A stretch of DNA of 64,000 bases from an uncultured delta proteobacterium (GTDB lineage: Bacteria; Myxococcota_A; Polyangia; Polyangiales; JAFGIB01). Made by a program: the position numbers and the translations under genes. Positions 28,011-38,676 of the stretch are shown here, piece by piece. The first letter of the stretch is position 1; each line of letters starts with the position of its first letter. Under the pieces are notes generated by a model. It was not told the origin of the DNA, did not search any database, and worked only from the letters and a program-made list of their open reading frames with translations. Where the stretch lies: the NCBI GenBank assembly GCA_963778655.1, contig CAVZVA010000010.1:1248001-1312000 (forward strand). Direction: 5' to 3'.

Positions 28011-29075
28011 ATGAAACTCACCCGCGGCTTGGTATCGGTCTTGGCATTGGCCTGCGCGCTGGCTGGCGGCGCGTGCTCCAGCAGTAGCTCGAGCGGCGGC
28101 GCCGCGGACGGCGGTGGCGCCGGCTCGGGCGCGTCGAAGGACGCGTCCACGTCCACCAAGGACGCTGGCGGCAGCGACTCAGGCGCGTCGAAGGACGCAT
28201 CCATGTCCGGCAAGGACGGCGGCACGGCGGACGCGTCCATGCCGAAGGACCCGGCGACCGCGGAGCTGGCGAGCATCGACCGCTTCAGCAAGTCGGCCGC
28301 GATGCTGATGCAGCGCACCGCCGACAATGGGCTGCCGGGCGCTGACGAGGCGGTCGACTTCGACAAGCCGCCCTTCATCACCCAGGGCCTCGGTCCAAAC
28401 GGCGAGGTGGTGCGCTACTACAACTTCGACATCCAGTCGCAGACCCCGGCGCCGATCTACGTGCTGTTCGCCGAAGGCAGCAGCGACCCGGTCGGCGGCC
28501 AGCTCAACATCATCGACGTGATCCCCGGCGACCCCGGCTACAACGACTTCTGGCAGGTGAACAAGGTCACGGTGCCCGCGGACTACGTGGCCAATACCAT
28601 CACCAGCTATGCCGAGATCGAGGCCGCCAAGCTCGACATCGAGCCCACCGAGATGCTGGTCAACTGTCCGGTCGTGCCCGATGGCTCGACCGCGAAGCTG
28701 CGCCTGAACGGCGAAGACCCGGGGCTGCACTCGGGTTGGTACGACGGCAAGCTGGTCAAGTATTTCACCTTCGGGGAGAAGGAGCTCAGCGGCAAGATGG
28801 TGCCGGTCTCGCCGATCTACGTGACCTTCAAGATCAATCCCGACAAGCCGGATGGCGGCCCCGCATCGGGCTTCGTGACCGAGGCCGACGAAGTGCAGAC
28901 CCACAACGTCGTCGCCACGCTGCCGAGCGATGCCGGCTACTCACCGCTGTGGTCGGTGCAGGCCTACGACAACGCGGACTTCGACAGCGTGTCAGACCTC
29001 GCGTCCGCGTCCGGCGCCAACATCCTGGGCATGGACGTGGCCAACGTGAACTGTCCGATCGTCGACGTGCAGTGA
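28011..29075 (+). CDS. Lipoprotein with internally duplicated domain
   Basis: AGGAGG RBS; lipobox GGAC; repeats IPGDPGYNDFW...VNCPVV and LPSDAGYSPLW...VNCPIV. Confidence 0.82.
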   Translation: MKLTRGLVSVLALACALAGGACSSSSSSGGAADGGGAGSGASKDASTSTKDAGGSDSGASKDASMSGKDGGTADASMPKDPATAELASIDRFSKSAAMLMQRTADNGLPGADEAVDFDKPPFITQGLGPNGEVVRYYNFDIQSQTPAPIYVLFAEGSSDPVGGQLNIIDVIPGDPGYNDFWQVNKVTVPADYVANTITSYAEIEAAKLDIEPTEMLVNCPVVPDGSTAKLRLNGEDPGLHSGWYDGKLVKYFTFGEKELSGKMVPVSPIYVTFKINPDKPDGGPASGFVTEADEVQTHNVVATLPSDAGYSPLWSVQAYDNADFDSVSDLASASGANILGMDVANVNCPIVDVQ

Positions 29076-29238
29076 TGGCGCGGCGGGCCCGCGTGCAGGC
29101 GCGGGCCCGCGTGCGGCTGCCCAGCGGGCCCGCGCTGGTGCGACCGTCGCCGCGCTCGGGGCGCCCCGGGCGCCACCCGACTCGGTCTGCTGGCCCCGCG
29201 CCGTTCCGGGTGTATGCTCGCGGCGGGGGGTCGAAGAG

Positions 29239-30780
29239 ATGCCCGGCGAGCCAGAGGAGCACACCAGCAGCATCGCGCGCGACGTGTTGGACAGCCTGCT
29301 CGAGGGCTGTCAGGTCATCTCGTTCGATTTCAGGTATCTGTACGTCAACGACCGCGTCGTCGCCCAGGGCCGCAAGAGCAAGGACGAGCTGCTGGGGCGG
29401 ACGATGATGGAGGTGTACCCGGGCATCGACCAGACGCCGATGTTCTCGGTGCTCAGGCGCTGCATGCGCGAGCGCCGCCACGACCGGCTGGAAAACGAGT
29501 TCATCTTCGAGGACGGCTCGAAGGGCTGGTTCGAGCTGCGCTTGGTGCCGGTGCCGGATGGTGTGTGCATTCTCTCACTCGACATCACCGCGAGCAAGCG
29601 CACCGCCGCGGAGCTCGCCCGCAGCGAAGAGCAGCTGCGTCACGCCCAGAAGATGGAAGCCGTGGGACGGCTGGCGGGCGGGGTGGCGCACGACTTCAAC
29701 AACCTACTCTCCGTGGTTCTGAGCTACTCGAGCCTGCTGATCGGGGATCTGCCCGCCGGCGATCCGATGCGCGCCGATCTCGAGGAGATCCAGAAGGCGG
29801 GGGAGCGGGCGGCCGATCTGACCCGGCAGCTGCTGGCCTTCAGCCGCAAGCAGGACTCGGAGCTGCGCATCGTCGACGTCAATCAGGTCGTCACGTACAC
29901 CGACAAGATGATCCGCCGGCTGGTCGGCGAGGACGTGGACGTTCATACCTCGCTCGCCGAGGATCTCGGCAAGATCAAGGTCGACCCAGGACACCTGGAG
30001 CAGGTGCTGATGAACCTCGTCGTGAACGCCCGCGACGCCATGCCGCAGGGCGGCAAGCTCACGATCGAGACCCGGAACGTGGAGCTGGATGCGGGCTACG
30101 CCCAGGAGCACCTCGGCGTGACGCCGGGTCCGCACGTGATGCTCGCCGTCAGCGACAGCGGCCACGGTATGGACGCAGCGACCAAAGAGCGCATCTTCGA
30201 GCCGTTCTTCACGACCAAGGAACAGGGCAAGGGCACGGGGCTGGGGCTGTCGACCGTGTTCGGGATCGTCAAGCAGATTGGCGGCAGTGTCTGGGTGTAC
30301 AGTGAGCCTGGCGGCGGGGCCACCTTCAAGGTCTACTTCCGGCGTACCGACGAGCACGAGCCGGCCGAGCCTGCGCGCGCACAGGTGGTCACCCTGCGCG
30401 GCTCCGAGACGGTGCTGCTGGTGGAAGACGAGGAGCAGCTGCGCGTTGTCACCCGCGGGATCCTCAGGCGCTACGGCTACCAGGTGCTCGACGCGTGCAG
30501 TGGCGGCGAGGCGGTGCGTCTGTGCGAGCGGCACGCGGGCCCGCTGCAGCTGTTGCTGACCGACGTCGTCATGCCGGAGATGAGCGGCCCCGAGCTGGTG
30601 CAGCGACTCTCGCCGCTGCGGCCGGACATGCGCGTGCTGTACATGTCGGGCTACACCGAGCAGGCGGTGGTCCACCGCGGGATGCTCTCGTCCGGCACGG
30701 CCTTGCTGCAGAAACCGATCACGCCGGAGCTGCTGCTGCGCAGGCTGCGCGAGGTGCTCGAGCTTCCGCTGCCGCGTTGA
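29239..30780 (+). CDS. Hybrid sensor kinase PAS-HisKA-HATPase-REC
   Basis: AGGVAHDFNNLL, NLVVNARDAM, FEPFFTTK, GTGLGL, LLVEDE, TDVVMP. Confidence 0.95.
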   Translation: MPGEPEEHTSSIARDVLDSLLEGCQVISFDFRYLYVNDRVVAQGRKSKDELLGRTMMEVYPGIDQTPMFSVLRRCMRERRHDRLENEFIFEDGSKGWFELRLVPVPDGVCILSLDITASKRTAAELARSEEQLRHAQKMEAVGRLAGGVAHDFNNLLSVVLSYSSLLIGDLPAGDPMRADLEEIQKAGERAADLTRQLLAFSRKQDSELRIVDVNQVVTYTDKMIRRLVGEDVDVHTSLAEDLGKIKVDPGHLEQVLMNLVVNARDAMPQGGKLTIETRNVELDAGYAQEHLGVTPGPHVMLAVSDSGHGMDAATKERIFEPFFTTKEQGKGTGLGLSTVFGIVKQIGGSVWVYSEPGGGATFKVYFRRTDEHEPAEPARAQVVTLRGSETVLLVEDEEQLRVVTRGILRRYGYQVLDACSGGEAVRLCERHAGPLQLLLTDVVMPEMSGPELVQRLSPLRPDMRVLYMSGYTEQAVVHRGMLSSGTALLQKPITPELLLRRLREVLELPLPR

Positions 30781-30801
30781 GGCGAGGCAGCCGCCGCTCT
30801 G

Positions 30802-33099
30802 TCAGGCCGGCTCGCTGGTGCGGTTGGGGATGTCCGCGGCGATCGCGGGGGCCCCATCCGGGAGCTCGGCGAGCACCGCGCGAAGCGCGCCTGCCACGTG
30901 CTCGAACTCGGTCTCGATCGCGCTGACCGCAGCGCCGAGGTCACCCATCGGCTCGGCCGCGGCCTGGAACTCCAAGGCGGTCGCCAGCGCGGTCAGGCGC
31001 TTGGCGCCGACGCCACCCGCGCTGCCGCGCAGCCCGTGGGCGCCGCTCCTGAGCCGCGGGCCGTCGCGGCGCTCGAGCGCCTCGGCCAGATCGCGCAGTC
31101 GGCCCGGCGTCTTCTGCAGGAAGTTGCCGAGCAGCTCAGGCAGCAGCGCGCTGCCGCCGTCGTCGAGCTCGCGCAGCTCCGCGATCACCTGCGGATCGAC
31201 GTGCGGCTCCTCCACGCGCAGGCTGGCCGTGCGCGGCCCCGCGCTGCGGCCCAGCAAGTGCTGATACAGCTTGCGCTGGAGCTGCGCCCGCACCAGCGGC
31301 TTGCTGAGCACGTCGTCCATGCCGGCCTGCCGGCAGCGCTCCACCTCCTCGGCGAACGCGCTGGCGGTGAAGCCGATGATTCGGGTGCGTGGCTTGCCGT
31401 TGGCGGCTTCCCAGCGCCGGATCTGCGCCGTCGCCTCCAGGCCGTCCAGCAACGGCATGTGCCAGTCCATGAACACCAGCTCGAACGAATGATCGCGCGT
31501 GAGCGCGTCCACGGCCTGCGCGCCGTTGTCGACGGCCGACACCCGGCAGCCGAGCCGTTCGAGCCAGCGCTGCAGCAGGAAGCGGTTGACCTCGGTGTCC
31601 TCGCACACGAGCACGTTGGGGGTGAGCGCGCGCAGCCGCGCGGCGCTCGCGCTCTCGGGCTGGGTACGCTCCGGCTCGGGCGCCGCGGCCGCGAGCGGGA
31701 AGCTCAGCGCGAACTCGAACGCGCTGCCGCGTCCCAGCGCCGAGCGCACCGTCAGCTCCCCGTCCATCATCGCGACCAGCTTCTTGGAGATGCTCAGGCC
31801 GAGGCCGGTCCCGCCGAATCTGCGTGTGGTCGACTCGTCGGCTTGCTCGAACGCGTTGAACACGCGTGCGGCTTGCTCCTGGGTCATGCCGATGCCGGTG
31901 TCCTCCACGCAGAACGCCAGGCGGACCGAATCCGCTGTCTGGTCGATCGCAGCCACCCTTACGGTCACGCTTCCGTCTTGGGTGAACTTGATCGCGTTGC
32001 CCGTCAGGTTGAACAGCACCTGGCGCAGCCGGGTCTCGTCGCCGCGGATCATCCGCGGCGGCAGGTCGTCGAGCTGGGCCCGGAGGGTGAGGCCCTTCTC
32101 GCTCGCCAGCACGCGCATCGGGCTGAGCACGCTCTCGATCAGCTGCGCCACGTCGAGGTCGACCGGGTGCAGGCGCAGCTCGCCGGCCTCGACCTTGGAC
32201 ATGTCGAGCACGTCGTTGACGATCGCCAGCAAGGACTTGCCGGCGGTGAAGATCGTCTGCGCCATCTTGCGCTGCGCCTCGGGCAGCTTCTCTTCCAACA
32301 GCAGCTCGGTCATGCCGAGCACGGCGTTCATGGGCGTGCGGATCTCGTGGCTGACGTTGGCCAGAAACGTGCCCTTGGCGTGGCTGGCCGCCTCGGCCCG
32401 CGCGCTCTCTTCCTCGAGCTGGTGGGTGCGCGTGGCGAGCTCGGCGATCAGCTCGCGGGACATCGCGGTCGCGCGCTGGGCTTCGCGGCGCTGGCGCTCG
32501 GCCGGACCGGCCGCCAGCGACAGATAGGCGTTCAGCACGTAGACGAACACCACCTTGGCCAGCTCCACGTTCAGGCTGAAGCCACGCCGTTCGACGAAGG
32601 CCATGTACAGCACCAGCCCGCCGTGCAGCGCCGCGGTCCAGCTGGCGAAGGCGAACGCGCGCCTTCGGGAAGTCGCTAGCTGGTCGGCCACGCGCACGCA
32701 AAGCAACGGGAGCAGCCAGCTCCGCTCGCCGCCCGAGACGTAGATCGCGAGCACGAACACCACCACGTCCGCGGCCAGGAAGAAGGTGCCGAGATCGAAG
32801 CGCGCGTCCTCGCGATAGTAGCGCGCGAGCAGCAGCCAGCTCAGCAGCACGTAGCCGAGCTGCAACGCGCCGAACAGGAAGAGCGCCGGGGCGTCCAGCC
32901 GGCCGAGCACCAGCCAGTTGTGGGCCACGATCGACAGGAACAGCCACACGCTGCCGAGCGCGCGCAGGCTCGGGACCGCCACCACCTCGCGCTGCCGCTT
33001 GCGGGCGGCGCGGTCACGCGCTTCCGCTTCTGGATCGTGCAAGAACCCGGCGCCCGGGCTGTGGCCCGGCGGGTTCGCGGAGCTGGCAAGGTCGAGCAC
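30802..33099 (-). CDS. Membrane hybrid sensor kinase HisKA-HATPase-REC-Hpt
   Basis: TM region; SHEIRTPMN, NAIKFT, GGTGLGL, MDWHMP, Hpt AHGLRGSA; GTG start after GGAG. Confidence 0.92.
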   Translation of the reverse strand: MLDLASSANPPGHSPGAGFLHDPEAEARDRAARKRQREVVAVPSLRALGSVWLFLSIVAHNWLVLGRLDAPALFLFGALQLGYVLLSWLLLARYYREDARFDLGTFFLAADVVVFVLAIYVSGGERSWLLPLLCVRVADQLATSRRRAFAFASWTAALHGGLVLYMAFVERRGFSLNVELAKVVFVYVLNAYLSLAAGPAERQRREAQRATAMSRELIAELATRTHQLEEESARAEAASHAKGTFLANVSHEIRTPMNAVLGMTELLLEEKLPEAQRKMAQTIFTAGKSLLAIVNDVLDMSKVEAGELRLHPVDLDVAQLIESVLSPMRVLASEKGLTLRAQLDDLPPRMIRGDETRLRQVLFNLTGNAIKFTQDGSVTVRVAAIDQTADSVRLAFCVEDTGIGMTQEQAARVFNAFEQADESTTRRFGGTGLGLSISKKLVAMMDGELTVRSALGRGSAFEFALSFPLAAAAPEPERTQPESASAARLRALTPNVLVCEDTEVNRFLLQRWLERLGCRVSAVDNGAQAVDALTRDHSFELVFMDWHMPLLDGLEATAQIRRWEAANGKPRTRIIGFTASAFAEEVERCRQAGMDDVLSKPLVRAQLQRKLYQHLLGRSAGPRTASLRVEEPHVDPQVIAELRELDDGGSALLPELLGNFLQKTPGRLRDLAEALERRDGPRLRSGAHGLRGSAGGVGAKRLTALATALEFQAAAEPMGDLGAAVSAIETEFEHVAGALRAVLAELPDGAPAIAADIPNRTSEPA

Positions 33100-33448
33100 G
33101 CGGTCTCCCGGTGAGCTTCTGCGGCCAACAGATTCTAGCCCAACTGGCGCCGCGCGGGCGCTAGCGCCGGCCGCGCGAAGTGCGATTGCCGAGCGCGTCT
33201 TGCGTTCGATCGCGTGCGGCTTGACCAACCTTGGCGATGCGACAGGTCGGTCTATCGCTACGACGCACGCACACCTGCGACCGGGCGGCCCGCGGCCTGC
33301 GCCTCGCGGGTTCTCGCGACATCGGCTACAGTGGCGCCTGCGCACCGACCATGTCGGGACTCAACACGCAGGACGCGCGATGGGCAACCGCGTCATCGCA
33401 CAACTGGCAGCGGTTGGCGCGTGCGGCCCGTACACCAGGGAGCGCCGC

Positions 33449-35338
33449 ATGGCTGAGCACGAGAACCGGCACAGACGATCGCTGCAAGACAAGACGGGCT
33501 TCTGGGCCGAGGCCGCGGCCGAGCTGGCCTGGGAGAAGCCGTGGGCGCGGGTGCTCGATGAGACGCAGGCACCGCTCTACCGCTGGTTCAGCGGTGGCGC
33601 GCTCAATACCTGCTACAACGCGCTCGACCTGCACGTCGAGCAGGGGCGTGGGGCGCAGCGCGCGCTGGTGTACGACAGCCCGGTCACCGCGACCCAGCGC
33701 ACGCTCAGCTTCGCCGAGCTGCGCGATGAGGTGGCGCGTTTCGCAGGCGGGCTGCAGCGGCTCGGCGTGCGCAAGGGCGACCGCGTGCTCGTCTACATGC
33801 CGATGGTGCCCGAGGCGGTCGTGGGCATGCTCGCCTGCGCGCGGCTCGGCGCGATCCACTCGGTGGTGTTCGGAGGCTTCGCGGCCGCGGAGCTGGCCAA
33901 GCGCATCGAGGATGCGCGCCCGCGCGCGATCCTGTCGGCCTCGTGCGGGATCGAGCCGGGCCGCGTGATCGCGTACAAGCCGATGCTCGACCAGGCGATC
34001 GCGTTGTGCGAGGCGAAGCCCGAGCACTGCGTGATCTTGCAGCGCCCCCAGCTTGCGGCCGAGCTCGGGCCGCGCGATCTGGCGTGGGATGCGGTGGCCG
34101 ACGCCGATCCGGTTGGGTGCGCAACCGTGGCGGCCGAAGATCCGCTGTACATCCTCTACACCTCGGGCACGACCGGCGTGCCCAAGGGTGTGGTGCGCGA
34201 CAACGGAGGGCACGCCGTCGCGCTCAAGTGGAGCCTGCGCAATGTCTACGGCATGCGACCGGGCGAGGTGTTCTGGGCGGCCTCGGACATCGGCTGGGTG
34301 GTGGGCCACTCGTACATCGTGTACGCGCCGCTGCTGCTCGGCTGCACCACGATCCTGTACGAGGGCAAGCCGGTGGGCACGCCCGATGCCGGCGCGTTCT
34401 GGCGCGTGATCGCGGAGCACGGCGTGCACGTGCTGTTCACCGCGCCGACGGCGTTTCGGGCTATCCGCAAGGAGGACCCGGAGGCGAGGCTGCTCGCGCG
34501 GGCCGCGCTGCCGACGCTGCGCGCGCTGTTTCTGGCGGGCGAGCGCGCAGACCCGGCCACGATCGCTTGGGCGGAGGACAAGCTGCGCGTGCCGGTGATC
34601 GATCATTACTGGCAAACGGAGACCGGCTGGCCGGTGGCGTCCAACTGTCTCGGCATCGAAGCGCTGCCGGTCAAGCCGGGCTCGCCGACCAAGCCGGTGC
34701 CGGGCTTCGACGTGCGGGTGCTCGATCCGGAGGGGCGCGAGCTGCCGCGGGGCGAGACCGGCAACATCGTGCTCAAGCTGCCCCTGCCACCCGGTTGCTT
34801 GCCCACGTTGTGGCAGAACGATGAGGGCTACAAGCGCGCGTATCTGAGCCGCTACCCCGGCTACTACGAAACCGCGGATGCGGGCTTCGTCGACGAGGAC
34901 GGTTACCTGTTCGTGATGGCGCGCACCGACGACATCATCAACGTGGCCGGACACAGGCTCTCGACCGGCGGGATGGAAGAGATCCTGGCGTCGCATCGCG
35001 ATGTGGCCGAGTGCGCGGTGATTGGGATCGCGGATGCGCTCAAGGGGCAGCTGCCGCTGGGGCTGGCGGTGCTCAACGCCGGGGTCAGCCGCGACCCGCA
35101 GGAGATCGCGCGCGAGCTGGTTCTGCTGGTGCGCGAGAAGCTCGGCGCGGTGGCCGCGCTCAAGCAGGTGCTGATCGTGAAGCGGCTGCCCAAGACGCGC
35201 TCGGGCAAGGTGCTCCGCAAGACCATGCGCAAGATCGCCGACGGCGAGAGCTACGCGACGCCAGCGACGATCGACGATCCGGCGGTGCTCGAGGAGATCA
35301 GCGCGTCGCTCGGCGCGGCGGGCTACCCGCAGGGGTGA
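33449..35338 (+). CDS. prpE: Propionyl-CoA synthetase
   Basis: YILYTSGTTGVPKGVVRDNGGH, ASDIGWVVGHSY, DHYWQTETG, INVAGHRLSTG, LPKTRSGK. Confidence 0.88.
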   Translation: MAEHENRHRRSLQDKTGFWAEAAAELAWEKPWARVLDETQAPLYRWFSGGALNTCYNALDLHVEQGRGAQRALVYDSPVTATQRTLSFAELRDEVARFAGGLQRLGVRKGDRVLVYMPMVPEAVVGMLACARLGAIHSVVFGGFAAAELAKRIEDARPRAILSASCGIEPGRVIAYKPMLDQAIALCEAKPEHCVILQRPQLAAELGPRDLAWDAVADADPVGCATVAAEDPLYILYTSGTTGVPKGVVRDNGGHAVALKWSLRNVYGMRPGEVFWAASDIGWVVGHSYIVYAPLLLGCTTILYEGKPVGTPDAGAFWRVIAEHGVHVLFTAPTAFRAIRKEDPEARLLARAALPTLRALFLAGERADPATIAWAEDKLRVPVIDHYWQTETGWPVASNCLGIEALPVKPGSPTKPVPGFDVRVLDPEGRELPRGETGNIVLKLPLPPGCLPTLWQNDEGYKRAYLSRYPGYYETADAGFVDEDGYLFVMARTDDIINVAGHRLSTGGMEEILASHRDVAECAVIGIADALKGQLPLGLAVLNAGVSRDPQEIARELVLLVREKLGAVAALKQVLIVKRLPKTRSGKVLRKTMRKIADGESYATPATIDDPAVLEEISASLGAAGYPQG

Positions 35339-35508
35339 GCGGGTGAGCCGGCCGCCGGATCGGGTCGGGCGTGGCGCGGCAAGAGCAGGAGGCCGGCGAG
35401 GCCGTCCCAGCACGCCGGTGGTTGTCTTCGCCGTTTGAATCGAGCACGATCGTGCGGGCGCAGCGCGCGTGGTCGCTGCACGGGCGGGCGATCCGCAAGG
35501 GGGAGGTC

Positions 35509-37704
35509 ATGAGAAGCTGGGGGCTGGTTTCTGGCTTGGCGATGGCGCTCTGTGCTGCCTGCACGACGACCCACGCCAAGTCGTCCGCCGCCGACGCGGG
35601 TAGCTTGGCCGGCGACGGCGGGCCGGCCGCGCGCAACGGAGGTCGTCCCGGCATGCTGCCCAAGGATGCGCCGGCCTGCCTCGTGTCGGAGGCGACGTCG
35701 GAGCTCAACCTGAGCGATACCGACAAGCTCGATCTGCTGTTCGTGATCGACGACTCGGACTCCATGGCGGGCAAACAGGCCTTGCTGCGCGCACAGTTTC
35801 CGCACCTGATCAGCGTGTTGTCGAGCGGCGACAATGGCGCGTTCGCACCGGTCAAGAGCATGCACCTGGGCGTCGTCACCAGCGACATGGGCTTGCCCGG
35901 TGTAAGCGGCGTCCCAGCCTGCAGCGGCCTTGGTCGGGACGGCTTGCTGCAGAATCAGCCGGGTGCGTCGGCGGGCTGTCAGCCGAGCTACCCGCCGTTT
36001 CTGAGCTTCGACGCCGGTCTGAACGACCCCATGCAAAGCGCGCAGGATTTCGGGTGCGTCGAGCAGGTCGGTACCGCCGGGTGCGGCTTCGTGCATCCGC
36101 TCGAGGCCGCGCTCAAGGCGTTGTGGCCCTCGGTCGATCCCATGCCCACGCCGAGCGGCATTAACCGTATCGAGTTCTTGACCGATCCGGCCAACAACTC
36201 GGGCTTGCTCGGGCACGGCGACGTCGAGAATGCAGGCTTCCTGCGCAACGATCCCGTGCAAGGGTTGTCTCTGATCGCGGTCGTCGTGCTCAGCGATCAG
36301 GATGACTGCTCGGCTTCGGACCCACGGCACTTCACCCCGCCCGAGTCTCTCGCACCTGACGACCCGCTCCGGATGCAGGGCATGAACCTGCGCTGTGCCC
36401 TCAATCAGCAGGCGCTATATCCGGTACAACGTTACGTCAACGGCTTGAAAGCGCTACGCCCCGGCGACGAGAGGCTGGTGGCTTTCGCGGCGATCGCCGG
36501 CGTGCCTCCCGATCTCACCTCGCCCGCGACGCTGGCCGCGACCGACTTCTCGGATCCCGCCCAGCGCGCGCGCTTCTACGACGCCATCCTGAGCGATCCG
36601 CAGATGAAACCAACGGTGGACGACCGCGGCACCGCCGACCCGAGCGATGACCGGCTCGTACGCTCGTGCGTGCTCGATGCCGACCTCGCGGCCCAGAATC
36701 AGGGGCTGCTCGGTGCCGCGGAGCCGCCGGTGCGCATCGTGCAGGTGGCCCAGGGGTTCGGGGAGAACGCGATGGTGCAGTCGATCTGCGAGCCTGACTA
36801 CGGTCCCGCAGTCGATGCGATCGCGACCATGATCGGCAAGCAGCTCGGTGCCGCTTGCTTGCCGCGGGCGTTGCAGCGCAACGCGGACGGGCTCTTGGGG
36901 TGCAGCGTGCTGTGGGAGCTGCCGCGGCCCGGCGTGGCGCCGAGCAGCACGCCGACGGCCTGCCATCAGGCGGGTTTTTCGTTCCTGCTCGACCCGGAGC
37001 CGGGAACTGCAACCGCGAGCGATCGCGGCGGCGCGATCTGTCGGGTGGCGCAACTGGCGGTGCACGACGACTCCACTGCGGCCGGGGGCAAGCGCACGGT
37101 CGCCACGACCACCGACGGCGTGAGCTTCAGCGAAGGCTGGTTCTACGATGACTTCTCGGATGCCGCGACGCAGGACTGCGCCGGCCCGTCCAAGCAGCGC
37201 ATCGCGTTCACCAGCATGGCCAAGCCGCCGATCGGGGTGATGGTCAAGCTGGTGTGCGTGAACGCGCTGCATCCGCCGGCGACGAACGCTGCTGATGACG
37301 CGAACAGCTGCAGCGCGGGCTCCAAGGCCGCTTCTGCGGAGCACGTGGGCAGTCCCTGCACGCCCGATGCCGTGCCCGCGACGGGTTTCGACGATCAAGA
37401 GGTCTACCTGGGAACGGCCGACAGCGAGTGCGGCGGCGGCGTCTGTCTGGTCTACCGCCTGCGCGGCGATCCGAGCCCGAGCTGTATGCCGAGCCCCGGA
37501 GCCACGCCGGGCGACACGGTCGTGTGTGCGTCGCCGGGCGACGTGCAAGATCGCGTGTACTGCAGCTGCCGTTGCAATGCCCCCGACGGCTACGCCGAGT
37601 GCGCCTGTCCCGACGGCTTCACCTGCGTAAATGGCCTCGACCAGGGCAGCCCCGATTTCCGCGGCGGCTACTGCGTGAGAAACGGGACGTTTGTCGCGCC
37701 GTGA
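35509..37704 (+). CDS. VWA-domain Cys-rich lipoprotein (myxobacterial)
   Basis: GGAGG RBS; lipobox AAC; MIDAS DLLFVIDDSDSM, HLGVVTSDMG, SDQDDCS; C-terminal Cys module VYCSCRC...CACPDGFTC. Confidence 0.82.
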   Translation: MRSWGLVSGLAMALCAACTTTHAKSSAADAGSLAGDGGPAARNGGRPGMLPKDAPACLVSEATSELNLSDTDKLDLLFVIDDSDSMAGKQALLRAQFPHLISVLSSGDNGAFAPVKSMHLGVVTSDMGLPGVSGVPACSGLGRDGLLQNQPGASAGCQPSYPPFLSFDAGLNDPMQSAQDFGCVEQVGTAGCGFVHPLEAALKALWPSVDPMPTPSGINRIEFLTDPANNSGLLGHGDVENAGFLRNDPVQGLSLIAVVVLSDQDDCSASDPRHFTPPESLAPDDPLRMQGMNLRCALNQQALYPVQRYVNGLKALRPGDERLVAFAAIAGVPPDLTSPATLAATDFSDPAQRARFYDAILSDPQMKPTVDDRGTADPSDDRLVRSCVLDADLAAQNQGLLGAAEPPVRIVQVAQGFGENAMVQSICEPDYGPAVDAIATMIGKQLGAACLPRALQRNADGLLGCSVLWELPRPGVAPSSTPTACHQAGFSFLLDPEPGTATASDRGGAICRVAQLAVHDDSTAAGGKRTVATTTDGVSFSEGWFYDDFSDAATQDCAGPSKQRIAFTSMAKPPIGVMVKLVCVNALHPPATNAADDANSCSAGSKAASAEHVGSPCTPDAVPATGFDDQEVYLGTADSECGGGVCLVYRLRGDPSPSCMPSPGATPGDTVVCASPGDVQDRVYCSCRCNAPDGYAECACPDGFTCVNGLDQGSPDFRGGYCVRNGTFVAP

Positions 37705-37881
37705 GGCGTTTTGCGTTCTGCCGGCCGAGCCGCGAACCCAGCGTCGGATGCACTGGCCGGGCAGAGCGGCCCCGCCGGCCCACTCGGCTAGAGGATCTAG
37801 ACAGAAACTGTAGGTTGGGCCGACGAAACAGGCCGAAACCCGCGGGTTCACGAAGTATAGACGAGCGTATATATTTCGAGG

Positions 37882-38121
37882 ACGGCTGAGCGGGCGAAGA
37901 TTTTTCAGAACGGGGGAAGCCAAGCTGTGCGTCTCCCCAAATCCTGCCGTTTTTCGGACGACCAGGACGAGGTTCTCGTTCACCGGGTCGGCCGGCGCGT
38001 GATCCTTGAACCGGCAGACGAGTGGTCCAAGGAATTCCTGGCGTGTTTGGGAGCTTGGTCCGACGAGAACGAGAGGCCAACGTCACGCCGCGTCTCGAAG
38101 CTCAAGGATCCCTTCGAGTGA
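37882..38121 (+). pseudogene. vapB: AbrB-type VapB antitoxin with ACG at the start position
   Basis: (T)AERAKIFQNGGSQAVRLPKSCRF...VILEP; no in-frame ATG/GTG/TTG between the upstream TAG (37858) and the conserved motif. Confidence 0.75.
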
Positions 38122-38465
38122 CAGCCCGGTTCCTTCTCGACACCGACAGCGTGAGCTTCGCCCTGCGCGGGCAGGGGCGCGTGGCTCAACGCATCGTGGA
38201 ATGTCGGCCGTCTGAGCTCGCGATCAGCTCGATCACTTTGGCGGAACTGAAGTACGGGGCCGAGCGCCGCAGCTCTCGGAAGCTGCACCACCTGATCGAC
38301 GTGTTCACCGGCGACGTAGCGGTCCTGCCCTTCGACGAGGCAAGTGCCGCGAGTTTCGGGAAACTCGCCAGTGAGCTCGTGGCGCGCGGCACGCCGATCG
38401 GCGACTTTGACACGCTGATCGCCGCGCATGCGATACAACTCGGCCTCATATTGGTCACCAACGAT
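38118..38465 (+). pseudogene. vapC: PIN-domain VapC toxin, C-terminally disrupted
   Basis: GTGA overlap; LLDTD, AELKYG, PIGDFDTLIAAHA, LVTND, then similarity is lost; ORF runs to 38726 into upp. Confidence 0.8.
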
Positions 38466-38676
38466 CTTCAAGACTGCGGCGGCACAGCTCGGCCAATGAA
38501 ATGCCGCGCCGCCGCGCCACAAGCTTCGCGCGACAGCGCATCAGTAAAGAGCGCTGGGCCGTGTGTTGGTGGCGGTGGACGGCGCTACCGAAGGCCGATG
38601 AAGGCGAGATGCGGTGGTTGGCTGGCCCGTGAAGGCTCGAACCGCTCGCGGGTCAGACCGCAGCTTGTGCCGAGCG

